The position numbers and the translations under genes are program-made. Source: Phycisphaerae bacterium (lineage in GTDB: Bacteria > Planctomycetota > Phycisphaerae > UBA1845 > Fen-1342). From it: 64,000 bases of DNA. Every line of letters begins with the position of its first letter. Position 1 is the first letter of the stretch. Positions 1-8,908 of this stretch are shown here, piece after piece. The notes under the pieces were generated by a model. That model ran no database searches. It was not told the origin of the DNA and was given only the letters and a program-made list of their open reading frames with translations. The stretch is from assembly GCA_963675745.2 (NCBI GenBank), contig CAXXWX010000017.1:1-64000 (forward strand), written 5' to 3'.

Positions 1-268
1 CCTTCTGCAAATCGACGGCCGTCTGGAAGAAATCCACGCCCATCAGCGTCGGTTCGCCGCCTTGCCAACCAAATGCGAGGCTCATTGGCCCCTGGGTCAT
101 CATCTGGCTGACGGTGGCCCGCAGCACCGCCGGGCTCATCCGATGGGTCCGGGTGTGCGGGAAAAGCCGCTCCTTTTCGAGGTAGAAGCAATATCGGCAG
201 GCCAGATTGCAGTCCGGCCCGGCGGGCTTGACCAGCACCGAATCCAACTGCTTGGCGAACCGCGACAT
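1..268 (-). CDS. Anaerobic sulfatase-maturating radical SAM enzyme (AslB/ChuR/anSME family), N-terminal part; runs off the window
   Basis: Not in the ORF track. Manual translation from ATG 268: MSRFAKQLDSVLVKPAGPDCNLACRYCFYLEK...FGWQGGEPTLMGVDFF, with CxxxCxxC and the WQGGEP(T)L motif typical of anSME. Confidence 0.85.
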   Translation of the reverse strand, partial: MSRFAKQLDSVLVKPAGPDCNLACRYCFYLEKERLFPHTRTHRMSPAVLRATVSQMMTQGPMSLAFGWQGGEPTLMGVDFFQTAVDLQK

Positions 269-367
269 CCGGCGACGCTCCAGGCGGGGGTTTGTCGAGA
301 GTCCTCGTATCATAGGTCGCCGGCACTCACTCGCATAGGTCGGCACCGCGACGCCGATGCGGCGAGA

Positions 368-376
368 TGTTAGAAT
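368..376 (+). promoter_or_regulatory. Putative extended -10 promoter element (TGtTAGAAT)
   Basis: TGn-TAnnnT about 70 nt upstream of SD AAGGA and ATG 444. Confidence 0.4.
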
Positions 377-443
377 TGAGCATCCCGAGCGTGTGCCACG
401 GGACTGCATTTCAGTGGGTTGTCTCGCGAAAGGATCCGTCAGC

Positions 444-2054
444 ATGGTGGCGCGTCCGGCGGCTGAGCCATCTGTTACACAGACCGGAGGTCCCGAGTGG
501 CAAGAAAGGCGGGGGGCCCGCCAAGGTCACACTGAAGCAACTCCGCTGGTTCATTCGCTTGCGCTGGGTCATGGTGCTGGTGGCCGGCATGCTGATGACG
601 CTGGAGCACATGCTTGTCGGTGAGGCGGGCCGGCCGCGCGGCTGGTGGTGGCCGTGCTCGCCGTCGTGCTGGCGAACATCGTGTGGGAGGGGGTTGTGTA
701 TGCGCTGGAGCGCCAGCCGAAAGAGAATCCGGTCGAGCGCCGGCGCGTCAAGCGTCGCGTCTTGTGGTGCGCCAACGGCCAGGTCGCCGTCGACCTCTTT
801 CTGCTGACCGGAATCATCCGCTATACGGGCGGCATCGAGAGCCCGCTGGCCATATTCTACATGTTCCATATGGCCATCGGTTCGTTTTTGCTGTTGCCAT
901 GGCAAGCTATCTTGCAGGGCGTCTGGGCCGTCGTGCTGTTCGCCGGGCTGAGCAGCGCGGAGCTATGGGGACTGTTTCAGCCGCACTACTCGTTCCTGCA
1001 CCACGTCAACTCCACCGATCTGCACAACGAGCCGGCTTTTGTCGGCTCGGCTCAATTGGTCTTCGCATGCAGCGTATTCGGGATCCTCTACTTCATGCTG
1101 CACGTGGCCGGCCTGCTCGCTGATCGCGAGCGCGAGCTGCGCGACACCAACACCGCGCTGCGCAAATCCCAACGGGCCATCAAGGATTTGCAGGAGCGCC
1201 GGGCACGCTTTATGCAAACCGCCGCGCACCAGCTTAAGAGCCCCCTGGCGGCTATTGAAACGCTGGCCGGCCTGGTGCGCGACGCGGTCGTGCCCCCCGA
1301 GGCGGTGCGGCCCACCTGCGAGAAGATCACCATGCGCTGCCAGGAGGGTATTCGGCAGGTTAGCGAGCTGCTCGCGCTGGCGCGCGTGGAGGGGGCCGAT
1401 CCGGTGCGTCACACATTGTACGCCGCCGAGACCGTGTCGATCGTGACCGAACTGTGCCAGCGTTATCGGCTGCTGGCGGAGAAAAAGGGCGTGACGCTGA
1501 ATTTCGTTGCGCCGACCGAACCCAACCTGCGCGTGGCCGTCGATACGCGCGATCTCACGGATTGCCTGGACAACCTGATCAGCAACGCCGTCAAATACAC
1601 GCCCAGCGCCGGCGAAGTATCGGTGTCGGTTAGTTGCGGTAAGTGCGCCGCTGACGCCTTCAAGGCGGCCGAGCAGGGATTTGAAGGGACCTGCAACGGC
1701 CGGCCGGAGTTTGTCGCGATTGTTGTGAAAGACACCGGAATCGGCATCGAGCCCGACGCACTGCCTGATTCAGCCAATCCCCATCCGGCGGGTTCGATTT
1801 TCGAGGATTTCCGGCGCGGCAAGACGGCGCTGGAGGGTGGCCTGCCGGGCACGGGGCTGGGCTTGTCGATCGTACGCGCGGTCGTCGAGCAGGTTGGGGG
1901 CAAGATCAGAGTCGCCTCGAAAGTCGGTGAGGGCTCGACGTTCTCGGTGGCCTTTCCGGCCTGGCGCGGCGACGGCCGCGGCAGTCCGTCAAGCCCCGTG
2001 TCGAGCGTGGCCGGTAGTGCATCGGCCACGCCGCCGGGCACCGCACGCGGGTGA
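444..2054 (+). CDS. Multi-TM sensor histidine kinase (HisKA + HATPase_c); two apparent frameshifts near 510 and 640
   Basis: H-box AAHQLKSPL, N-box NLISNAVKYT, DTGIG and GTGLGL boxes. The N-terminus is reconstructed from three frames: MVARP.. / ..LRWFIRLRWVMVL.. / ..VAVLAVVLAN. Confidence 0.8.
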
Positions 2055-2080
2055 GGCGCCCGGCGCGAGGCACCTGAAGT

Positions 2081-3988
2081 TTACCCGCCGAGCAAGCTTA
2101 CAAACGCGTCAATGTCTCCATTATTGATGGACCCGTCGTCGTTGCAGTCGGCGAGGTCGCGGTCGCACGCCGGATAGGCGGCGTCATAGCCGACCGGGTC
2201 CGTGATTGCGAGCACGAAGGCGTCAATGTCGCCGTTGTTCACAAGACCATCGCAGTTGAGGTCGCCGACCGGGAAGATGCCCTCGCATTCATCCGGGATG
2301 CCGTTGGCATTGCCGTCGGCGGACGTGCCGCCGGCGATATCACAGACGTCGAGCACACCGTTCCCGTTGCAATCGTCGCACCAGGCGCTGCCGCCGCAGC
2401 CGACCATATCGGTGAAGTCGGCGACGCCGTTATCGTCGCAATCCTGGTCAAGGTCAAAGCTCATGTTGGTGGCGGACGCGCTGATGTTGGTGATATACAG
2501 TCCGGATTCGTTGCCGGCCCACCAGTCGGTGTTCGGGTAGGTGTTGGGCGTACACGCGGAGAAACTCGGCCCGGCCCAGAGATCGGTGCTGTCGCCGTAA
2601 TTGCGGTTGTTCTCGAAGTCCCAGTCGCCGTCAGCCTGAACCAGCGTGACGAGGTAGTGGTACGCGGGCGTCTGCTGCTGCCAGTTATTGCTGCCGTAGG
2701 TGTCGATGTGCCAGATTGCCAGGCCGTCATCGGGCAGGCCCGTGTCGCGGTCGGTGCGTTGGCGATTCTCGATCAGGTAGTACTCGTTCGAGAGCGTCTC
2801 GTGCGGGTACATGAAGATCGTGTTGCTGTCGGCCGGAACCACGATGCCGGCCTGTGGTGGTGAGAGCATGGTGGTGGTGGTCCAACCGGCGGTGTACTTC
2901 ATGTAGGCACAGGGTTCCACGGGGTTCGTGCCGGAAGCGCCGTAGCACATCAGGCAGAACATGCCCACGCCGGTGGAGTCATAGTCATAGTCATACAGGT
3001 CGGGCCAGCCCATCAGCATGTGGCCGTTTTCGTGGCAGAACGTGCCCAGGGCCAGCGAATTCTGCATGTCGGTGATCTGGTAGGCGTACGTCTGGACGCC
3101 GTCATCGGACATGAAGTACACGTTCCACGCGTGCGGCCAGAGGCCCTCGGCCCAGGCGCTCTCGCTATAGCCGGCGTAGAAGCAGTTTAGCGCGTCAACA
3201 ACATTGTCATTGTCGGCGTCGAACTGCGTGAAGTCGAGGCCGTTGTTGTCGAGGTAGGTCAGGGCCTCGATGATCAGCTCGCGGGCGCGCGTGCCGTAGG
3301 AAATGGCCGGATCGGTATAGTAGCTCTTGGGGTGCTGGGCGCGGTAGTAGGCGGCGGGGACGTAGTTCGTGTACGTCAGTGCGTTATCCGAGACCTCGTA
3401 GAAGTAGTCGCGCACTGAGCCATTGTTGCCCCAACTGGAATAGCCGAGCTGGTTGCAGTAGTTGTTCACCTCGGATGGCGCTATCGTGCCTGGGTCGTCG
3501 GAAAAATCGATGAGCAGTGTGAGGCCCAATACGTTGCCGGTGGTCGGGCTGCGCGCGTCGCGCTGGGCTGGAGGTGCCAGTGGGCCGGTGTACCGGCGTT
3601 TTTCAAAATCGGCGCGGGCGGCCCGGGCCTGGTCGGCCGTCGCGGCAGCGCTGATCCGGATGTGCGGCGTGAGGATTACCGTATGAGGGAGCGGCTCGTG
3701 GGCCGGCAGCCCGGTGGACAGCAGCGCGTTGCCGTCCGGCGCGAGCCGCGCATAGCAGATTACCTGCGTCACCGGATCGCGCAGGAGCGTGTAGCCGTCG
3801 AGGGATTCGACCACGGTATAGAACTCGTCGCCCCAGATGCGCACCTCGAAGCGCGTGCCATCGGGTTGCACGAGCGGCAGAACTTCACCGACAACCGGAT
3901 GCGCGCTCGCCGTCGAACACCAGCCAAGAAGACATGCCGCCGCGCAAAGCGCGGGCAGTGACCGCTTCAATGTAGCCGTCCTAATCAT
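2081..3988 (-). CDS. Secreted M6 (immune inhibitor A-like) metalloprotease with C-terminal dockerin-like tag
   Basis: Signal peptide; QPDG..WGDE prodomain; GSVRDYFYEVS; HENGH..GWPDLYD; CLM Met-turn; YYLIENRQ; DCNxNG repeats; duplicated GDLNCDGLVNNGDIDAFV motif. Confidence 0.9.
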   Translation of the reverse strand: MIRTATLKRSLPALCAAACLLGWCSTASAHPVVGEVLPLVQPDGTRFEVRIWGDEFYTVVESLDGYTLLRDPVTQVICYARLAPDGNALLSTGLPAHEPLPHTVILTPHIRISAAATADQARAARADFEKRRYTGPLAPPAQRDARSPTTGNVLGLTLLIDFSDDPGTIAPSEVNNYCNQLGYSSWGNNGSVRDYFYEVSDNALTYTNYVPAAYYRAQHPKSYYTDPAISYGTRARELIIEALTYLDNNGLDFTQFDADNDNVVDALNCFYAGYSESAWAEGLWPHAWNVYFMSDDGVQTYAYQITDMQNSLALGTFCHENGHMLMGWPDLYDYDYDSTGVGMFCLMCYGASGTNPVEPCAYMKYTAGWTTTTMLSPPQAGIVVPADSNTIFMYPHETLSNEYYLIENRQRTDRDTGLPDDGLAIWHIDTYGSNNWQQQTPAYHYLVTLVQADGDWDFENNRNYGDSTDLWAGPSFSACTPNTYPNTDWWAGNESGLYITNISASATNMSFDLDQDCDDNGVADFTDMVGCGGSAWCDDCNGNGVLDVCDIAGGTSADGNANGIPDECEGIFPVGDLNCDGLVNNGDIDAFVLAITDPVGYDAAYPACDRDLADCNDDGSINNGDIDAFVSLLGG

Positions 3989-4191
3989 GTTCGCGATCTC
4001 CTCACGTACGTGTGCACAATAATGCCCGCGCGCCGTGCCCCGCGGCTCGGCGCGTTGCCCTACTCAAGTCAGTCTAACCAAAATCGGTCAGCAGAGCGTG
4101 GTTTTTGCGTTTTTGACGGGGCGCGGTTTTGTGTGACTCGCTGCGCCGAACGCAGCGTGCGGGGCTGTTCGCCCACAGATCGCGGCGCTTG

Positions 4192-7131
4192 TTACTCGCC
4201 CGCGAGCAGGTCCACGAAGGCGTCGATGTCGCCGTTATTCACCAGCCCGTCCTGGTCGCAGTCCGCCAGTGCACGATCACAATCCGGATAGCTGGAGCTG
4301 TAACCGTCGGCGTCAGTGATGGCCAGCACAAACGCGTCAATGTCACCGTTGTTCACCAGCCCGTCACAGTTGAGATCGCCCAGCGCGTTGCAACCACCCG
4401 CGGCGCTCAGGTCAAACTCCACGAAACCATCCGGCGTGCCCTGGCCGTCCGACAGCCCCGCGATACCCTCCGAAACGGCAACGCCCAGGTAGCTGATTGT
4501 GATCGTGCCATCATCGTACATCTCTATCTGGAACGTGTTCGCGTTTGTCGTTCCATACTCCGGCACGTTCTCATATGTCACAACAACACGGTCAACGAGT
4601 TGCTGACAACGGACCGTGCCGCCCTCATGTGGTGCCAGATCGTGAAACAGACCGGAAATGCGCGGCGTATCGAAGTGGTCCGCGATCCCCTCGGTATGAT
4701 CGCTGTCGCCCTCGGTGAACGTCACATACCCGTTGCTGCCCACGTATAACCCGCCATAACCCACTCCATACAACCACACCTGGGCGCCGAACAGGCCAAT
4801 GTACTGGTATCCGTCGTCCGGCAAACTGACCACCGTTCCACCGGTCGGATCGGTCGGCAAGGCCGTGATTGGTTCAACGCACGCCGTATAGAAATCAACG
4901 GGCGCTCCGGGACGAAAGCGCAGGCTCAGGAAGTCGAGGTCGTTGTCGCTGCCGGAGTACTCCTCTGTGTAGAAGTCCGGCGTCTCTGGCGTGACGAAGG
5001 TGTAGCAGGCTCCGGCGTTGTCGTCGGTTGTCGAATTACCGGCGGCGTCAGTTGCCTCGACCGTGTAGTAGTACGAAGTGTTGTCATCCAGGCCGCCAAG
5101 CAGCAACTCTGTGGCTGTGACGTATGCGGCCGAGGCGGCTACCTGGTCAAGCACGGCGCAACTCTGACCGTAATACACCGTCGCGCGCGTCGGTTCATCG
5201 GTGTCGAACCCGACCGTCGCGCTTCGCGCCTGCACGTCCACCATGTGGACGTTTGATATCGCCGGCGCAATGCAATCCACGATGGCGGTGGACATTACTG
5301 TTATGCCGAATCCGCCCGCGCCATCGTCGGCATCGATATACGTCGCGGTGATAGTGTCACCGGGACTGATCCACAGCACTCCAACGGCGTTCGTGGTGTC
5401 GGCCGGGATCGCGCCGATGAACTCGGCCGACGATGCATCCGTTTCCACCAGCGTCAGCGTCTCAACGCCGCTTTCCGTATCGGAATCAACATCCACCACA
5501 ACGTATTCGACCAGGCCGTCATCAGTGTTCAACCCGCAGTCGTTGACGGTGACAGTGATTGTGCTCTCACAGGCGTACGCCACGGAATCGAGCGTGACGA
5601 CACCGGCCTCGGGGCAGTTCTGGTAGGCCGTCAATGCGTCAATCACTCCATAGCCGCGGACGAAGAGCGGGTCGTACGTCTCGTACTGCTGGTAGTAATC
5701 AGCCGTTTCAAAGAGGTTCTCGCGCATCTGGTCCACTGACCAGTACGGCCGCGCCTGGGTTAAACAGGCCACCGCGCAGGCAACCAACGGCGTCGAGAGC
5801 GATGTTCCGTCCGCCGTCGTATACCCGGTAGTGCTGTAGGGTGAGACGGTGTGCGTGCTCAGGCCGCGGGCGAGCACCTCCGGTTTGACGCGACCGTCAG
5901 CCGTCGGGCCATCAGAACTGAACGAGGCAATGTCGCCAGTGCTGCCCACCGCCCCGCACGTGATTACCTGGAAAGCGTCCGCGGGCGCAATCAGGCTCGA
6001 AGTCGCCGGATTGGAATCATGGTATTCATTTCCAGCGGCGTTACAGCAGTGCATGCCGTTGGCGGTGGCGATGTTCACGGCGATAGTCGTGACCGCAGTC
6101 ATGCCGTCCAGGTCGGCTTGCGAATACCAGTCGATGTAGCCCAGCGAAGATGTTACGATGTCCGCGCCGTTCAGCTCGGTGAACTCGAGCCCCGCCACGT
6201 AGTTATCCTCTTCAGCCGGATACTCGCCCGTTGTGTCTTCCGTCTTGCAGAGCACAAACGACGCGTCGAAAGCACCGCCGACCAGGCTGCCGGGGTAGTA
6301 GGCCCCGAGGCAACCCAGAATCATCGTGCCGTGATTGTGCTGGTCGGACGGATCACCGGCGTCAATGCCGGCGTTGCCGTCATCATCCACAAAATCGTAT
6401 TCGGCAATGACGTTCAACTCATGACCGGCGTAGTTGAACGCCTGGTGGTCGCGCCGAAAGCCTGTATCCAGAATCCCAACCACGACGCCCGCGCCGGTGA
6501 AACCTTCATTGTGCAGCCCGATCAGGTTGATCTGATCGAGTTGGCTTTGCGAATTACCGTAGTCCACCCTGGATCGTTCCTCGCCACCGCCGCCGGTAGT
6601 GGTAACCTCGAACTCCGGACCGATTCGTACCGGCCGCACGATCGCCGAACGGGCTACCGGTTGTAAGCGGCTGACGAATGCGAGCCGCGCTATCTCGTCG
6701 TACTGAGCGCTTGTCGCGATTACGCTGACGGCGTTGAGCCAGCGGCTCGAGACGTGTACGCGCGCGCCCGTTGCCGCGACGGCGTCGACATAACCTTGCG
6801 CAACGGGAAGGTCGCGCACGTCGAACAAGCCGTGCGCGCGCCGGTCTACACTGCCGCGCGCGGCGCGCCTGCGTTTCGCGCGCTCGCCATAATCCTCGGC
6901 CAGTTGCGCGATCGCCGCGTGCTGCTGTGCGGGTGACATATTCCCCTTGTCGGTGAAGAACACCCAACCCTTGGCCGGCCCGGGCTCGTTGTTGAGCCGC
7001 GCGATCAACTGTGGATGCAGCTTGGCTGACACGTCGGTTGCGTCGGGGGCTTGGTTGACTGATGCCAGTGCGACGCCGGCCAGCGTGACCAGGGCGCCTG
7101 CCGCAGCGATGTGACGGAGGTGCATCCGCAT
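4192..7131 (-). CDS. Secreted S8 subtilisin-family serine protease with FN3-like and nidogen-like regions and a dockerin-like tag
   Basis: Catalytic triad motifs LDTG, HNHGT and GTSLS; AAGN oxyanion motif; KPEV. Start set at ATG 7131 (SD AGGAG plus signal peptide). Confidence 0.9.
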   Translation of the reverse strand: MRMHLRHIAAAGALVTLAGVALASVNQAPDATDVSAKLHPQLIARLNNEPGPAKGWVFFTDKGNMSPAQQHAAIAQLAEDYGERAKRRRAARGSVDRRAHGLFDVRDLPVAQGYVDAVAATGARVHVSSRWLNAVSVIATSAQYDEIARLAFVSRLQPVARSAIVRPVRIGPEFEVTTTGGGGEERSRVDYGNSQSQLDQINLIGLHNEGFTGAGVVVGILDTGFRRDHQAFNYAGHELNVIAEYDFVDDDGNAGIDAGDPSDQHNHGTMILGCLGAYYPGSLVGGAFDASFVLCKTEDTTGEYPAEEDNYVAGLEFTELNGADIVTSSLGYIDWYSQADLDGMTAVTTIAVNIATANGMHCCNAAGNEYHDSNPATSSLIAPADAFQVITCGAVGSTGDIASFSSDGPTADGRVKPEVLARGLSTHTVSPYSTTGYTTADGTSLSTPLVACAVACLTQARPYWSVDQMRENLFETADYYQQYETYDPLFVRGYGVIDALTAYQNCPEAGVVTLDSVAYACESTITVTVNDCGLNTDDGLVEYVVVDVDSDTESGVETLTLVETDASSAEFIGAIPADTTNAVGVLWISPGDTITATYIDADDGAGGFGITVMSTAIVDCIAPAISNVHMVDVQARSATVGFDTDEPTRATVYYGQSCAVLDQVAASAAYVTATELLLGGLDDNTSYYYTVEATDAAGNSTTDDNAGACYTFVTPETPDFYTEEYSGSDNDLDFLSLRFRPGAPVDFYTACVEPITALPTDPTGGTVVSLPDDGYQYIGLFGAQVWLYGVGYGGLYVGSNGYVTFTEGDSDHTEGIADHFDTPRISGLFHDLAPHEGGTVRCQQLVDRVVVTYENVPEYGTTNANTFQIEMYDDGTITISYLGVAVSEGIAGLSDGQGTPDGFVEFDLSAAGGCNALGDLNCDGLVNNGDIDAFVLAITDADGYSSSYPDCDRALADCDQDGLVNNGDIDAFVDLLAGE

Positions 7132-7390
7132 GCCTGTGCTCCTCTTCGCGGAGTTAATCGGGGCGCGGAAGTGGCTTCGCGCGGTCGGCATTGCGCCTGC
7201 CGATGTGCTCCATCCTACCAGATCAATGACCCTGGCGAAGCTGATCGGTCGATTGTGCGCAGCGGCACGTCCGATATCCACACGCGCTGCGCCCGCCCGC
7301 AAACCGCATGATCGCACGTCGCTTGTGAATCCCCCGTTACCTCATAGCTGAGATGCTGGAACCACGCTCTGCCGGTCAAAAGCCTGCAGC

Positions 7391-8836
7391 TTAGAGGTAT
7401 GCCCCCGCGGCACCTAGATTATGACCGACTTGCGTGTCGCGATCGTCTTCCAGCCGAATGTCCGCTTCGACGTTCTTGCTGATCCTGTTTCGCCGGATCA
7501 CGGTGCCGTCGGCCTTCTGAATGTGAATGCCGACACGGTTGTCCTGCACGTCGTTGTCCACAATCAGGTGATTCTGCGGCCGCAATTCGGCTCTGCCAGA
7601 GAATTCGGCCGGCATCGGACGGATGCCGTGATCCTTGTCTGCGAAAATCGCTATCGCCGTTCCGTTGCGGTAAAAGCGGTTCTTCTCGATGTGCCAATCA
7701 CGGCTGGTCACATTCGCCGGCTCGGCATCTGCGAATGCCTCGACGAACTTCGACCAGATCAAAACGCCGTGCCCATTGGATTGGAAGTTGTTCTCGCGCA
7801 CCTCGAAATCCACGCCGTTCTCGACGGCGATGCCCGCCTGGCGATTCCACAACATGCGGTTGCCGCGCAGCACGTTACCGCGGGAAAACCCTAACCAGAA
7901 GCCGTAATTGCAGCGATCGGCCCAGTTGTTGCGGAAGATGTTGCCGCTGCAGAAAGTCGCCTCAAAGGCAATGTTTGGGCTCAGCGAGGCGTCATTCTCC
8001 TCGAATATGTTGTCATCACAGCCGGCATTGGCACCGTTGGACGAGCGCCCCGCCAGGAAGAAACCATCGCCGCCCAGACGGGCACAATTGCGTCGAAACA
8101 CGTTTCTGCACGAGCAATTGACCAACAGGAATCCCGTGGCGTCGGCCCCCATGTGGCCGTAGGCCCCGGCTCCCAGGCGTGGCTCAGGCTTTCCCGTGCT
8201 CGGGCCGGGGTGGGTGCGCGGCTCCCAGCGGCAGCAATAGTCCGCGTAGTTGTCTTCGTACACGCAATCGCTGGTGGCGAAGAGCAGGAATCCAAAACCG
8301 CTGTTATAACTGGCGTTGTTGCCCTGGACGTGCAACTTGTCGCACGCATACGCGGCCAGGCCAACCATCTGGTGCTGCAGGTCATTCTCACAGATTTCGC
8401 TGTCGGTGACACGGTTCAGCAGGATGGCGCCGCCGTAGGCGCGTTCGACCGGTTCCCAGATGTTCAGGAACACGGTGTTGGCTTCGATCTCGGCTGTGGC
8501 GGAAATCTGGTTGTCACTGATGTTCAGACCGCGACAACCCGAGGCGGCAATTCCATGACGATACTCACGGATGCGGAAATTGCGGATGGTCACATCCGCC
8601 CGTCCGTTGATGGTGATACCCGCGCCCTCGCGTCCGCTCCCGACAAGGGTGGCGTTGCCGCCGTCGACCACGATGTTGTCACCGGCGATAGTGATCCCGT
8701 TGGGCAGCGCATAGACTCCCGGTCGGAGCACCGTGCTCTCTGTAATGATCATTCCGTCGGTGGGTGTCGCGACAGGTGGGCTCTCAACGGTATCGGCCAC
8801 AGCGGGATCCTTCGTCATGGGGCCAGAATCGCCCAT
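7391..8836 (-). CDS. Right-handed parallel beta-helix (NosD/PbH1 repeat) protein, no signal peptide
   Basis: Repeated N..xxN..GF/GI beta-helix turns along the whole length; TATAAT at 8855-8860 upstream. Confidence 0.75.
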   Translation of the reverse strand: MGDSGPMTKDPAVADTVESPPVATPTDGMIITESTVLRPGVYALPNGITIAGDNIVVDGGNATLVGSGREGAGITINGRADVTIRNFRIREYRHGIAASGCRGLNISDNQISATAEIEANTVFLNIWEPVERAYGGAILLNRVTDSEICENDLQHQMVGLAAYACDKLHVQGNNASYNSGFGFLLFATSDCVYEDNYADYCCRWEPRTHPGPSTGKPEPRLGAGAYGHMGADATGFLLVNCSCRNVFRRNCARLGGDGFFLAGRSSNGANAGCDDNIFEENDASLSPNIAFEATFCSGNIFRNNWADRCNYGFWLGFSRGNVLRGNRMLWNRQAGIAVENGVDFEVRENNFQSNGHGVLIWSKFVEAFADAEPANVTSRDWHIEKNRFYRNGTAIAIFADKDHGIRPMPAEFSGRAELRPQNHLIVDNDVQDNRVGIHIQKADGTVIRRNRISKNVEADIRLEDDRDTQVGHNLGAAGAYL

Positions 8837-8854
8837 GAAACGGTTCGTTTACCC

Positions 8855-8860
8855 ATTATA
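8855..8860 (-). promoter_or_regulatory. Consensus -10 hexamer TATAAT
   Basis: Perfect TATAAT about 19 nt upstream of ATG 8836 in GC-rich DNA. Confidence 0.45.
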
Positions 8861-8908
8861 AGCAACCAGACCGAAAAGTGAATCGGCAATCTCAGCGAAA
8901 TCAATCAG

